Assembly (NCBI GenBank): GCA_963740085.1
Contig: CAVUCU010000001.1
Location: forward strand, 960,001-1,024,000
From: Nitrospirota bacterium
Lineage (GTDB): Bacteria > Nitrospirota > UBA9217
Length of the DNA: 64,000 bases
Reading direction: 5' to 3'
Below the pieces are notes generated by a model. The model was not told where the DNA came from, searched no databases, and saw only the letters and a list, made by a program, of their open reading frames with translations. A program made the translations under genes and the position numbers. Of this stretch, positions 48,824 through 59,597 are shown piece by piece (positions within the stretch are counted from its first letter, which is position 1; each line of letters starts with the position of its first letter).

Positions 48824-49904
48824 TCACGCCAGCAGTTCCTGCAGCTGTCTCTCGTCCCACTCCTTCGTGACGACCACCTCGCCGATCTTCTTCGGGAGAA
48901 CAAACTTCGCCTTCCCGCCTTCCGCCTTCTTATCACCCTGCATCGTGACCATAAGCCCGCGCGCCGCCGGCTTGCGGCTGAGGGCCGAGAGGTCCGCCGG
49001 CAGACCGTAGGACCTGATAAGCATCTCCACCCTCTCGGGCACCGAGCTGTCGCACAAACCTGTCTTGTGTGCGAGACGCGAGGCGTATACCATGCCGATG
49101 GCAACGGCATGGCCATGGCGCATGGTGTAGTTTTCGGCGGTCTCGATCGCGTGGCCGACCGTGTGGCCGTAGTTCAGGATCGCGCGGAGGCCGCCCTCCC
49201 GCTCGTCCCTGCTCACCACCTCGGCCTTTATCTCACAGGAGCGCCGAATGACATGCTCAAGCGCGTCGGGATCGAGCGCAAGGATCTTTCCCCGGTTCTT
49301 GTCGAGGTATTCGAAAAAAGCCGCGTCCCGGATCACCCCGTACTTGATCACCTCTGCCATGCCCGAGAGGAACTCTTCCTTCGGCAGGGTCGCGAGCACG
49401 CTCAGATCCATCAAAACCTTCTTCGGCTGATGGAACGCGCCGATCATGTTCTTGCCCATGGGATGGTTCACGCCGGTCTTGCCGCCGACACTGCTGTCCA
49501 CCATCGCGAGAAGTGTGGTCGGAACTTGTGCAAACGGCACGCCGCGCATGAACGTTGCGGCCGCGAAACCCGCGAGGTCGCCGATCACGCCGCCGCCCAG
49601 CGCCACGAGCGCGCACGTGCGGTCGAAAAAGTTGGTCAGGAGCGCGGTATAGATGGCATTGGCCCAGTCAAGGTTCTTGAACTGCTCGCCATCGGGGATC
49701 TCGATGGACATGACCATGAACCCTGCCGCCTTGAGGCTGTCCGTCGACGCGCCGGCCATAAAGTTTCTTGACCGTGGGGTTCGTGACGAGGGCCATCTTC
49801 CGGCCGAAGCCGAGACCCGTCAGACATTCCCCGGTTTTCTCCAGGCTCGTGCCGATGTCGATGTCGTAGCTCCGGTCGTCAAGTTTGACGTTAACAGTAT
49901 GCAT
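48824..49904 (-). CDS. aroB: 3-dehydroquinate synthase, +1 frameshift near 49745
   Basis: N-terminus MHTVNVKLDDRSYDI..VTNPTV in one frame; GGGVIGD, PTTLLAMVDSSVGGKTG, LNYGHT in the next; span is 3n+1. Confidence 0.92.
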
Positions 49905-50406
49905 GCCTCATTCTCTCTTTGATCGCTTTGATGACGTCGACGACGGACTTTTCTGATGTGTCAATGCAGACATCGGCCTGGGCATAGAACTTCGCGCGGC
50001 TGTCGAGCAGTTCTTTGATCTTCGTCTTTGGATCTGCCGTCTGGAGCAGGGGCCGGTGGGTTTCGTGCTTGATGCGCTCATAGATCACTTCAGGGCTCGC
50101 GGTGAGGCAGACTACGCACCCGTTCTTTTTGAAGGCCTCACGGTTCGCGTCCCGGATCACCGCTCCACCGCCGGTGGAGACCACCTGCCCCTCGCCCGCC
50201 ATGACCTGCTGGACGATCGCGGCCTCGACCTCGCGGAAGTAGGGTTCGCCGAATTTTGAGAAAAGGGATGTGATGGACAGGTTCTGGTCCGCTTCGATGA
50301 GCTTGTCTATGTCCACAAAGGTGTAACCCAGGTCCTTCGCAAGCTGTGTGCCCACGCTCGTCTTGCCCACGCCCATGAAACCCGTAAGAATGATATTTTT
50401 GAACAT
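49891..50406 (-). CDS. aroK: shikimate kinase
   Basis: GFMGVGKT, GEPYFR, STGGG, RPLL. Confidence 0.95.
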   Translation of the reverse strand: MFKNIILTGFMGVGKTSVGTQLAKDLGYTFVDIDKLIEADQNLSITSLFSKFGEPYFREVEAAIVQQVMAGEGQVVSTGGGAVIRDANREAFKKNGCVVCLTASPEVIYERIKHETHRPLLQTADPKTKIKELLDSRAKFYAQADVCIDTSEKSVVDVIKAIKERMRHAYC

Positions 50407-50491
50407 GATGAATGCCTTACCACAAAGACACGAAGACATAAGAAAAGCCACGCATCATTAGATGAACTTCTGACTCCTGTCTTCTGTTCTT

Positions 50492-51679
50492 CTACTTCTT
50501 CTGCTCTTCTTCCCTCTCCATCCGCGCCGCCAGATGCCTTTCATACCCGAGGAAGTTGCGCTTCATCTCGTCGATATTGTCGCCGCCGAACTTCTCGATC
50601 ATGGCGGAGGCGATCTCGAAAGCCACCACGGCCTCGGCCACCACGCCTGCCGCCGGCACCGCACAGGTGTCGGATCGCTCGATGCTTGCTTTGTAGGGCT
50701 TCTTGCTTACCATGTCCACCGAGCGAAGCGGTTTATACAGCGTGGGGATGGGCTTCATGGCGGCACGAAGCGTGATGGTCTCGCCGTTGCTGATCCCGCC
50801 CTCTATGCCGCCCGCCATATTCGTCTTGCGGAAAAAACCTTCCTTTTTGTTCCAGAAGATCTCGTCGTGCACCTGGGAACCGGGCTTGTTCGCGGCGCCG
50901 AATCCCGCCCCGACCTCTACCCCCTTGATGGCCTGGATGCTCATGAGTGCGGCGGCGAGCCTGCCGTCGAGCTTCCGGTCCCAGTGCACGTGGCTGCCAA
51001 GCCCTGTCGGCGCACCGGCGACGAGCACTTCGAAGACGCCGCCGAGAGAATCTCCCGCCGCACGAGCTTCGTCTATTTTGCGCATCATCCGCTTTTCCGC
51101 CTCATGATCGATGCAGTGCAGTTCCGATGCCCCGGCCCTCTTTTTGATCTCATGAACTGACGTCTTCGGGACCTTGGCGTATACATTCCCGATGGAGAGC
51201 ACGTGGCTCACGACCTCGATGTTGAACTCTTCGAGCAGCCTCTTTGCCACTGCGCCGACCGCAACCCGCATGGCCGTTTCTCGGGCGCTCGATCGCTCAA
51301 GGATGCTTCGGATATCCATACATCCGTACTTCAAGGCGCCTGCCAGGTCCGCGTGCCCCGGACGGGGACGCGTGACCGGGTCCGCCGAGTTCAGGAACAT
51401 GGGATCCGGTGACATCTTGTCACGCCAGTTCTCCCAGTCCTTGTTGCGGATGATGAGCCCGATCGGACTGCCGATCGTCCTCCCCCAGCGGACGCCGGTG
51501 TAGATCTTGACCGTGTCCTTCTCGATCTTCATGCGGCCGCCGCGCCCGTATCCGCCCTGCCTCCTGGCAAGATCGCGGTCTATATCCGTCACCCGGATCA
51601 AGAGGCCCGAGGGCATGCCCTCGATGACCCCCATAAGAAGCTCGCCGTGCGATTCACCGGCAGTTATAAAACGTAACAT
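50492..51679 (-). CDS. aroC: chorismate synthase
   Basis: [38 protein letters not shown]. Confidence 0.97.
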   Translation of the reverse strand: MLRFITAGESHGELLMGVIEGMPSGLLIRVTDIDRDLARRQGGYGRGGRMKIEKDTVKIYTGVRWGRTIGSPIGLIIRNKDWENWRDKMSPDPMFLNSADPVTRPRPGHADLAGALKYGCMDIRSILERSSARETAMRVAVGAVAKRLLEEFNIEVVSHVLSIGNVYAKVPKTSVHEIKKRAGASELHCIDHEAEKRMMRKIDEARAAGDSLGGVFEVLVAGAPTGLGSHVHWDRKLDGRLAAALMSIQAIKGVEVGAGFGAANKPGSQVHDEIFWNKKEGFFRKTNMAGGIEGGISNGETITLRAAMKPIPTLYKPLRSVDMVSKKPYKASIERSDTCAVPAAGVVAEAVVAFEIASAMIEKFGGDNIDEMKRNFLGYERHLAARMEREEEQKK

Positions 51680-51959
51680 TATACTTTTCCCTCCCTTGTA
51701 CAAGGCATCCTGCCATGACCTCACAAACGGTTTTAAAGGCAAAAATACCCTAAAATCGCGCTCATCATAGCAAATTTGAAGTAGAAGTGCAATCAAAAGT
51801 ATGGTACTATTCGGTGTCTTTTAAGGGGTTTTAACTGTTTTTGGGGGGTAAGAACCGCCTCCGACGAATACTTTTGTATCTAAAACAAACGGTAGAGTCC
51901 CGGATTATGAGATATCAAATACATCGTTCGACGGCACTATCCCTTATAAAAGGACCCCT

Positions 51960-52691
51960 ATGATCGCCCTTCTGTGTTCCGTCCAGGCCGAAGCAGACCG
52001 TCTTCTCGCATCAATTGCCGTGATAAAGGGCACGACGCTCGGCTCCAAACAACTTATAGAAGGAACCCTCGGCCAACAGCGGATAATCCTGTGCATCGGC
52101 GGCATGGGCAAGGTCAATGCCGCCCATGCGGCAACGCTTATGCTCTTCCGGTTCGATCCCGAGGCTGTCATAGTCTTCGGTATCGGCGGCGCTTACCCAT
52201 CGTCTGGCGCCGGGATCGGCGATCTCGCGGTCGCAAAGGAGGAGATCGCCGGCGATGAAGGCGTTCTGACCCGGGAGGGCTTCAGGGACGCGAGGTACAT
52301 CGGTATCCCCCTTCTCAAGACAGCCGGGTCGGAGGTCTACTCGACTTACCCCGCATCAGAACCCCTGTTGCATAGCTCTTTGCAGTCCCTTAATGCTCAT
52401 GGGAAATCGGGACAGGGCAAAATTCGCGTCGGGAGTTTCGTCACCCTGTCAACCTGCACCGGCACCACGGCACGCGCGAAGGAACTGGAAGAGCGCTACC
52501 ATGCGCTCTGCGAGAACATGGAGGGGGCCGCGGTCGCGCAGGTGGCGTCACTGCATGGCGTTCCCTGGCTCGAGGTCCGCGGCATCTCGAATCTCGTGGA
52601 GGACCGTGATCTGAAGAAGTGGGACCTCCCGGGGGCCGCGGGGGCGGCACAGCAGGCGGTTCAACATATCGTGGAGGGCTGGAGCAAGTGA
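51960..52691 (+). CDS. mqnB: futalosine hydrolase (MTA/SAH nucleosidase family)
   Basis: GMGKVNAA, GIGGAY, TCTGT, ENMEGAA, RGISNLVEDRD; overlaps mqnD. Confidence 0.85.
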   Translation: MIALLCSVQAEADRLLASIAVIKGTTLGSKQLIEGTLGQQRIILCIGGMGKVNAAHAATLMLFRFDPEAVIVFGIGGAYPSSGAGIGDLAVAKEEIAGDEGVLTREGFRDARYIGIPLLKTAGSEVYSTYPASEPLLHSSLQSLNAHGKSGQGKIRVGSFVTLSTCTGTTARAKELEERYHALCENMEGAAVAQVASLHGVPWLEVRGISNLVEDRDLKKWDLPGAAGAAQQAVQHIVEGWSK

Positions 52692-53527
52692 AATCTGTGC
52701 TCACCATCGGTTATTCGCCCTGCCCGAACGATACCTTCATCTTTTACGCGCTCGTTCACGGCAAGGTTCGTGTCCCGGGCTTTGAATTCCGCGAAAAGCT
52801 GGCGGATGTCGAATCCCTGAACAGGATGGCGCTGGAGAGCAGTCTCGACATAACGAAGATATCGTTCCATGCCCTGGGGCATCTGCGTGAACAGTACGCC
52901 TTGCTCCGTTCCGGCAGCGCGCTCGGCCGCGGCTGCGGTCCGCTTATCGTTGCGAAACCGGGGACCAGACTTGAGGACATTAAAAAAGGCCCTGTCGCCA
53001 TCCCCGGCAAGCTTACCACGGCATCTCTTCTTCTCCGGCTTTATGATCCGTCAATCACCGATGTCCTTGTCATGCCCTTTGACCGGATCATGGATGCGGT
53101 TTTAAAGGGTGATGCGTCGGCAGGGCTCATTATCCACGAAAGCCGCTTCACGTATCCGCTTTACAAGCTCGAGAAACTGCTTGACCTCGGCGAGTGGTGG
53201 GAAAAACATTCCGGCCTCCCTATCCCGCTCGGCGGCATACTCGGGAAGAGATCGCTCGGCCGCGACGTCCTGCGCTCCGTTGAGGCCGGTATCCGCGAGA
53301 GCTTACAGTACGCCAACGGTCACCCGAACGAGGTCTTGGCCTATTGCAAACAGCACAGCCAGGAGATGGACGAGACGGTGATGAAGGGCCATATCGACCT
53401 GTATGTGAACGATTTCTCGCTCGACCTGGGACAGGACGGTCTTGCTTCGGTGCGCAGGCTCTTTGATGAGGCAGAGGCAAGCGGGATATTTCCCCGCTCC
53501 GACAGACCGCTCCTGGCCGAAGAATGA
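52688..53527 (+). CDS. mqnD: 1,4-dihydroxy-6-naphthoate synthase
   Basis: SPCPNDTF, ALGRGCGP, IIHESRFTY, DLGEWW, PIPLG, HIDLYVN; GTG start overlaps mqnB stop. Confidence 0.93.
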   Translation: MKSVLTIGYSPCPNDTFIFYALVHGKVRVPGFEFREKLADVESLNRMALESSLDITKISFHALGHLREQYALLRSGSALGRGCGPLIVAKPGTRLEDIKKGPVAIPGKLTTASLLLRLYDPSITDVLVMPFDRIMDAVLKGDASAGLIIHESRFTYPLYKLEKLLDLGEWWEKHSGLPIPLGGILGKRSLGRDVLRSVEAGIRESLQYANGHPNEVLAYCKQHSQEMDETVMKGHIDLYVNDFSLDLGQDGLASVRRLFDEAEASGIFPRSDRPLLAEE

Positions 53528-53615
53528 TTTCCCCACTGTTCAGAAAACTCTTATGGTATAATCAGGTCTACGTTTGGCCTTTTCCATTCCCGTAAATTTT
53601 CTTTCAGGAGGCCCT

Positions 53616-54179
53616 ATGTTCGCATGGATCTTTCTCGCAGTGCTCGGATTGGTTCTGATCTGGCTTGTTCTGATCTACAACGGTCTCGTATCGATCCGGA
53701 ATGATGTGCAGAACGCGTGGAAGCAGATCGATGTGCAGCTCAAGCGCCGGCATGATCTGATCCCAAACCTTGTCTCGACGGTGAAAGGGGTAATGGAATT
53801 CGAGCAGGACACCCTCGAGAAGGTGATCTCGGCCAGGGCGAAGGCGGTTTCCGCGGGCACCCCCGCCTCCAAAGCCGAGTCTGAGAACATGCTCACCCAG
53901 GCACTGGGAAAACTTTTCGCTGTAATGGAAAACTATCCCGCGCTCAAAAGCAATCAGAACGTCATGCAGCTCCAGGAGGAGCTTACCTCCACCGAGAACC
54001 GGATCTCCTTCTCGCGCCAGCTCTACAACGACCTGGTAGCCAACTATCGTACAAAGCTTCAGGTATTCCCGAACAACGCCGTTTCGTCTCTCTTCAACTT
54101 CCAGACCGAGGAATATTTCGGGGCTGAGGAAGCGGATCGCGCGGTACCGGGAGTGAATCTGAGCCTGAGAGGAAAGTAA
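53616..54179 (+). CDS. lemA: LemA family protein
   Basis: N-terminal TM, IDVQLKRRHDLIPNLV, ENYPALK, TENRI..SRQ.YN. Confidence 0.95.
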   Translation: MFAWIFLAVLGLVLIWLVLIYNGLVSIRNDVQNAWKQIDVQLKRRHDLIPNLVSTVKGVMEFEQDTLEKVISARAKAVSAGTPASKAESENMLTQALGKLFAVMENYPALKSNQNVMQLQEELTSTENRISFSRQLYNDLVANYRTKLQVFPNNAVSSLFNFQTEEYFGAEEADRAVPGVNLSLRGK

Positions 54180-54184
54180 AAAAA

Positions 54185-54252
54185 GCAGAGGCCAGAAGTC
54201 AGAATGATGTCTTCTCCCGACTCCTGACTCTGACTCGACTCCTGACTACTGC
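54185..54252. repeat. short-period CAGA/TCTGAC inverted-repeat element
   Basis: GCAGAGGCCAGAAGTCAGAA ... CTCCCGACTCCTGACTCTGACTCGACTCCTGACT. Confidence 0.55.
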
Positions 54253-54259
54253 TTCTCCT

Positions 54260-55897
54260 ATGCCCCTTACCTTCATCGACATAGAGCGACAAAAGAACTG
54301 GCGTATCTGGGTGTTCTTCCTGGTCCTCATGCTTCTCTACCTCGTCCTTACCGCCCTTTTTGCGGCAACCTTCCTCCATGTCACCTGGTATGCTGAGACG
54401 CGCTTCTGGGTATTCGCCGGGGCGACGGCCCTGCTCGTGGCAGGGATACATTTCTGGTTCTCAGCCTTCGACACCGTCGGGACCGTGGTCCGCAGTCTTG
54501 ATGGTCAGCAGCCGGACCCTCAGGACGATATTCATAAAATGCTCATGAATGTCATGCAAGAGGTCCACGTCGTGACGGGACAGAAACGAACAATGCAGTG
54601 CGTGGTCATCCCTACCCTTTCCATGAATGCCCTGGCAGTGGCGGACCTCAAGGGAGAGGCCGTCATCGGGATCACCGAAGGGCTGCTCTCGCGCCTCACC
54701 CGCCCGCAGCTCGAGGCCGTGATCGCCCATGAGGCCCATCACATCCTCTCGGGCGACTGCCTCGAAACCACTGTTGCGGCGAGTCTCTTCGGATCCTACT
54801 CCACCGCCATGGAAAAATTGACCAGCGCATCAAGAGGCCGGACGTTCGCATCTCCCGCGTTCCTCCTCGCCTGGATCCTGCTCCAGTTAAGCTCCCTGCT
54901 GAACATGTTCATATCGCGAGAACGGGAGTACCGCGCCGACGCCGCGTCCGTGCGCATGACCAGAAACCCGATCGCGCTTGCTGAAACGCTGCACCTCTTG
55001 TCACGAAGCTGGCGTGGGGCCGGGTTCATCGGCAGCGGTTTCGAGATGCTCTGCATCGTGAACCCTCAGGCAACTGCGTTGGACGAGCAGGAAGGCTTCT
55101 GGGCAGACCTCCTCTCGACCCATCCGCCGCTCAGGAAAAGGATGGATATCCTGCTCAAAATGGCGCGGGTGAGCCTCGCCGAGCTGGATGCGAAAACCAC
55201 GAAGTCCGTCACAACGAATACGCAGGCACCCGCTGCCCCGCCGTACTACGCAATGAGCCCGGGGCAGCAGTGGCAGGGGCCGTTCACGTTGGTCGAACTT
55301 GCCGCGCTCCCGTGGCTCTCACCCCTCACCTGGTTCACCAAAGGCAAGGACCAGCCTGTAGAGCGAGCTTCAAAGGAGCCCTGTATCAACGATATCTTTC
55401 TGTCGCGGCTCTCCGGGCAGGAGCTCCCTCTCTCGAATTTCTCGTGCCCGTCCTGCAGTCAACCGCTGGTAACGGAATCATACGAAGGCACCTGGTTCTA
55501 TCAGTGCCGCTTCTGTGCCGGGATCCTGGTGGATTCAGTCAAGATCCCGCGGATCATTGCGCGGACAGGAAGGGATCGGCCCTGTTCTGAGCGGATCAAC
55601 TCGCTTGCAAAAACGGTTGTAAAAGAGAATCAGCTCCGGCAGCCGTTTCGGAAATACGGCATCGCCGGCAGATCCGCGATCCCGCTGCTTCCCTGTCCAA
55701 AGTGCCGCAATCCGATGTCGCGGGGATTTTACAGCCAGGGGCACCTGATCGAGGTCGACCGTTGCAGTTTCTGCGGCATCACATGGTTCGATCAGGACGA
55801 GCTCGAGATGCTGCAGTGCCTGATCGAGAACCGGATCGTACCCGACATCACAGGGACTGACCATGTCGGGCGATCAAATCTTTATGTCCTCGATTAA
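54260..55897 (+). CDS. HtpX-like M48 metalloprotease with C-terminal Zn-ribbon domains
   Basis: TM helices, HEAHH, SREREYRADA, STHPP; then CPSC/CRFC and CPKC/CSFC..WFD. Confidence 0.85.
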   Translation: MPLTFIDIERQKNWRIWVFFLVLMLLYLVLTALFAATFLHVTWYAETRFWVFAGATALLVAGIHFWFSAFDTVGTVVRSLDGQQPDPQDDIHKMLMNVMQEVHVVTGQKRTMQCVVIPTLSMNALAVADLKGEAVIGITEGLLSRLTRPQLEAVIAHEAHHILSGDCLETTVAASLFGSYSTAMEKLTSASRGRTFASPAFLLAWILLQLSSLLNMFISREREYRADAASVRMTRNPIALAETLHLLSRSWRGAGFIGSGFEMLCIVNPQATALDEQEGFWADLLSTHPPLRKRMDILLKMARVSLAELDAKTTKSVTTNTQAPAAPPYYAMSPGQQWQGPFTLVELAALPWLSPLTWFTKGKDQPVERASKEPCINDIFLSRLSGQELPLSNFSCPSCSQPLVTESYEGTWFYQCRFCAGILVDSVKIPRIIARTGRDRPCSERINSLAKTVVKENQLRQPFRKYGIAGRSAIPLLPCPKCRNPMSRGFYSQGHLIEVDRCSFCGITWFDQDELEMLQCLIENRIVPDITGTDHVGRSNLYVLD

Positions 55898-55909
55898 AAG
55901 GACCTTTTT

Positions 55910-56584
55910 ATGATCACTATCAAGCTGTTCGCAATACTGAAGGACAAGGCGGGACGTGATGAACTGCGTATCAACTCATGTTCATCGACGGTATCGGAAC
56001 TGCTGAAGGAAGTATCGGATGAATATCCAGTCTTGTCCGAGATCATCTCCAGCGGCAGGATCCTGACCTCGGTGAACCAGGAGTTCGTCAAGGGTGACGC
56101 CCCGGTCAAGGACGGGGATGAAGTGGCGCTCATGCCGCCCTTCTCCGGCGGCAGCCAGGCGCAGGGTCGTGTCTGCATCCAAACGGGGCCATTTTTTCTG
56201 GATAAAGAGATCGAACGGCTGAAGAAGGCCTCGTCATCAATCGGTGCCATCGTTACCTTCCTCGGAACAACGCGTGATATCTCGGGGGGGAAACCGGTGG
56301 CTAAGCTCGAGTTCGAACACTATCCCGGCATGGCAGAGAAAAAACTCGGTGAGATCAGAGCGCAGGCGATGAGAGATTACGGAGTGATCGAGGTGACGAT
56401 CATTCACCGGACCGGCCTGTTGCCGATAGGAGAGAACATCGTACTGATCGCAGTAGCGGCTGGGCACCGTGATGAGGCGTTCAAGGCCTGCCGATTCTGT
56501 ATCGATGAATTAAAGAGAATCACGCCGATCTGGAAAAAGGAAACAACGCTCGAAGGGGAAGTGTGGGTGGAGGGGCATCCGTGA
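55910..56584 (+). CDS. MoaD-MoaE fusion (molybdopterin synthase)
   Basis: KLFA..DEVALMPPFSGG then GAIVTFLG, HR.G, HRDEAF, PIWKKE. Confidence 0.9.
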   Translation: MITIKLFAILKDKAGRDELRINSCSSTVSELLKEVSDEYPVLSEIISSGRILTSVNQEFVKGDAPVKDGDEVALMPPFSGGSQAQGRVCIQTGPFFLDKEIERLKKASSSIGAIVTFLGTTRDISGGKPVAKLEFEHYPGMAEKKLGEIRAQAMRDYGVIEVTIIHRTGLLPIGENIVLIAVAAGHRDEAFKACRFCIDELKRITPIWKKETTLEGEVWVEGHP

Positions 56585-56670
56585 GAGTCTTATGCGTTTG
56601 AAGAGTCTGAGGAGTCTAAAGAGAGACATCCCGGCTCGTTAGACTCTCATCTCGTCAGACTCGTTAGACT
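56584..56670. repeat. 9-nt-periodic GAGTC/GACTC inverted-repeat element
   Basis: GAGAGTC..GAAGAGTCTGAGGAGTCTAA ... TTAGACTCTC..CAGACTCGTTAGACT. Confidence 0.6.
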
Positions 56671-57098
56671 GTTGTTTTCTTCGGTTCTTTTTCCCCGTCC
56701 CTCAGGAAGACCACGCAGGTCGTACAGTCCTCTTCCTTTCGACACCGGGTGGTTTCCCAGCACGGTTTGCCCTTGTTCGTAAACGCTGTGCAAACCACGC
56801 GCCGTTCGTCAGGACAGTCCCTGATCTCCCAGCAGGGCGCGTAATCAAGGAGCTTCTTGATCCCCTCAATGCTGATCTTTCTTGAGTGGATCAGCTCGCG
56901 GATACAGCGCAGCCACTTGATGTCATTTTCCGTATAGAGCCGGTTTCTCCGCTCCCGCGTCGGGAGGATCAGCCCGTGTTTCTCGTAAAGGCGCAAAGTC
57001 TGTGCCGTGGTCCCGACCAGTTTTGCGGCCACGCCCATGGTATAGAGCGGTGCGTCCTTGTCTTTGAGTACATCCAGTTTATCGACTGCCGTATGCAT
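56664..57098 (-). CDS. MerR/HspR-like regulator with Cys-rich C-terminus
   Basis: YTMGVAAKLVG..QTLRLYE..R.YTE.D; CWE..C..C..CW..C..C..C. Confidence 0.85.
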   Translation of the reverse strand: MHTAVDKLDVLKDKDAPLYTMGVAAKLVGTTAQTLRLYEKHGLILPTRERRNRLYTENDIKWLRCIRELIHSRKISIEGIKKLLDYAPCWEIRDCPDERRVVCTAFTNKGKPCWETTRCRKEEDCTTCVVFLRDGEKEPKKTTV

Positions 57099-57115
57099 TC
57101 ATCTTCCTCCAGGTC

Positions 57116-57832
57116 CTACCGTGGTATAAGGATCGTCATCTTGTCCATGAGCAGCAGCACTCCCATGATGATCAGGATGACGCCGCTTGTTATCTTGATT
57201 GCCTTGAAATGTTTTTTCAGCTTGCTGAACGACGACAGGAATGCGCTGATGAGAACGGCCGAAAGGATAAAAGGGATCCCGAGGCCGAGCGAATAGAACA
57301 CGAGCAACACTGTGCCGTTGCCAAGGGATTCACTCGTCATGGCCAGAGTCAGCACCGATCCCAGAAAGGGTCCGGTGCAGGGGGTCCAGCCGGCGCCGAA
57401 GATCATGCCGACGATGATCGTACCGATGAAGCCTGCAGGCCGCGTCTTAAGATGAAGTTTCGCCTCTCTTTGGAGAAAAGGAATGTCCACCACGTCCATG
57501 ACAAAAATGCCCATGATGATGATGAGCACCCCGCCGACGATCCGGATGGTTTTCAAGTGCTGCGCAAGGAGACTGCCTGCCAGGCTGGCCGATGCCCCCA
57601 GGAGAACAAAGATAAGGGAGAACCCCCCGACAAAAGCGAGGGAATGAAGCAGGGTTATCCTCATGTTCTTTTTGCGCGAATCACGGCTCATCAGTTCGTC
57701 ATAGTTGATGCCGGTGATGTATGAAACATATGAAGGTACAAGGGGAAGAATACAGGGCGACGCGAACGAGATAAGACCCATGGCGAGCGAGTATAGCAAA
57801 ATATACAGTGTCAATCCATGTGAAAGGTCCAT
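57116..57832 (-). CDS. ccdA: cytochrome c biogenesis protein CcdA
   Basis: SPCILPLVP.Y, GWTPCTGP, YSLGLGIPF. Confidence 0.92.
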   Translation of the reverse strand: MDLSHGLTLYILLYSLAMGLISFASPCILPLVPSYVSYITGINYDELMSRDSRKKNMRITLLHSLAFVGGFSLIFVLLGASASLAGSLLAQHLKTIRIVGGVLIIIMGIFVMDVVDIPFLQREAKLHLKTRPAGFIGTIIVGMIFGAGWTPCTGPFLGSVLTLAMTSESLGNGTVLLVFYSLGLGIPFILSAVLISAFLSSFSKLKKHFKAIKITSGVILIIMGVLLLMDKMTILIPR

Positions 57833-58135
57833 GAAGATCGATCTCCCTTGGGTGGAAGTTCATAATACCAAAGCCCAATAAACATATCAAGCAAAACTTT
57901 TGCTGTTTTCCAGTTTACTTGTTCTTATAATTATAAGCAGCATTACCCAATATTTTAACTTTAGTTTGACATTGTCCGCGTGGAGCCGTCCAATGGTTCG
58001 AAGCAGATACCCAGGCTGCTTGAAAATCCGCAGTCATGGCAGTTCTCCTCCCGTTCCACCGATTAAAATGGCATACATCCTGCGAACACTGAAACTCAAC
58101 TTGCAGAGGCAGACGGTATCTTTGTGCTTAAAATA

Positions 58136-58175
58136 CAAAAAACCGCCCTGCACCATCATAGGTACAGAGCGGTCG
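58136..58175 (-). terminator. intrinsic terminator
   Basis: ACCGCTCTGTACC-TATGAT-GGTGCAGGGCGGT-TTTTTG. Confidence 0.75.
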
Positions 58176-58205
58176 TTTAATACAAGCTCAGTGATGCCGG
58201 TTACA

Positions 58206-59597
58206 TCAGATCTTCCACGTCAGTTCCCAGCGCACGAACTGGGCGTCGAACTGGTTTGTCGAATTATAAAAGTTGCCGGGCAGGAATTGTTCGACCAACA
58301 CATAGCCATCAAGGGTCGGCGAGAACTTGCGGGACAGCTTCGCGGTGATGAGCTGTCCGCGGTTCTTGTTCGTTCCCGAGAACATGGGTGCGAACGGGCC
58401 TGAGGCGGCGCTGAAGGTCTTGTCCGCCTTTAGGTAATTGTAGGACAGCTCAAGCCCCGTTTCCTCGGTCGGTGCAAACTTGACCAGGGCGCGGTAAATG
58501 TTTATGTTCGTCCAATATGCGGGGATGCCGGTTTCCGTCAAGAGCGTAAGCGAGTACAGCTCACTGATCTGGGGATAGCGTGAAAACAGCGGGTCCCAAC
58601 CCTCATTCTTGGTCGTCGACTGGTTATCACCTGACATCGTGATATATCCGAGGTCCCAACCGGGTTTCATGTTGATATTGTTATAGGTACGGCCGATATA
58701 GGCATATCCACCACCGCCTTCGCGCTTCGTTTTGTTCGAATCGTTGTACTCGCCCGACTGAAGCGCGTACTCGGCGCGGGCCTTCCAGCCTTCGCCAAAC
58801 CCGACCACTGCACGAAGGCCGTAGGTGCCCAACCTCAGGGCCGGTTTCAATGCCGCGGTCGTCGTTGTAGGGGTCGCTTCTTCCTTCCAGATATAGTAGG
58901 GCTCAACAGTCACCTTGTCCGTGATCTTCCCGCGGCCGTAGACCACAACGGCCTTTTCATCGTACGAATTAAGAGCTCGTTTCTCAAAGCCGAACGTGGC
59001 TTGCTTATACATGCTGTAGGTTGGAAGGGCGCCGTCGTTCTCCTGCGAGAACAGATAAACGAAATCGACATTATACTGGTCGTTGATGGTTACGAGCGCC
59101 CTCGCCGCGTTGAAGTAGAAGGTCCGCGAACCGTCGAGCGGAGTTCCATCCATGATGAGAAATCCTTCGCCAAAGACACCGAGGAAATCCTGGCGACCGA
59201 TCGTGAAATCGACGGGGATCCCGCCGGGTTTTTTTGCATATACATAGAGATTGTCGAAAAGAAACTCATCTCCGACCAGGCCAAGCTGGGCGGCGGTATT
59301 TGATGTATTGAAATACCTCGCCTCATTCGTGATCTTGGCAAAGATGCCATACTGCTTGTTGAGATCCACTTTGTCCCAAACCGATGACTTGAGACGCCAG
59401 AAGTTCTCGTCTTGACGCGAATAAGGATTTGCATTCGCGGCATCGGATTTGTTCATGTCGAACATGTTGTCCCATGTCTCCTGCCGCAGCCGGAAATAGA
59501 GGCCGTTGGTATTCGTGATCTCTGCATAGGCTGATGTAGCTAGCAAAACAAATGTCGCAAGAGCCAGAACTGCTTTTACAACTAACCTTTTCTTCAT
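58206..59597 (-). CDS. alginate-export-like outer-membrane beta-barrel
   Basis: Signal peptide, DNLY, GRQDF..FG.GFL..DG, SGD..WDPLF, C-terminal WELTWKI. Confidence 0.75.
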   Translation of the reverse strand: MKKRLVVKAVLALATFVLLATSAYAEITNTNGLYFRLRQETWDNMFDMNKSDAANANPYSRQDENFWRLKSSVWDKVDLNKQYGIFAKITNEARYFNTSNTAAQLGLVGDEFLFDNLYVYAKKPGGIPVDFTIGRQDFLGVFGEGFLIMDGTPLDGSRTFYFNAARALVTINDQYNVDFVYLFSQENDGALPTYSMYKQATFGFEKRALNSYDEKAVVVYGRGKITDKVTVEPYYIWKEEATPTTTTAALKPALRLGTYGLRAVVGFGEGWKARAEYALQSGEYNDSNKTKREGGGGYAYIGRTYNNINMKPGWDLGYITMSGDNQSTTKNEGWDPLFSRYPQISELYSLTLLTETGIPAYWTNINIYRALVKFAPTEETGLELSYNYLKADKTFSAASGPFAPMFSGTNKNRGQLITAKLSRKFSPTLDGYVLVEQFLPGNFYNSTNQFDAQFVRWELTWKI

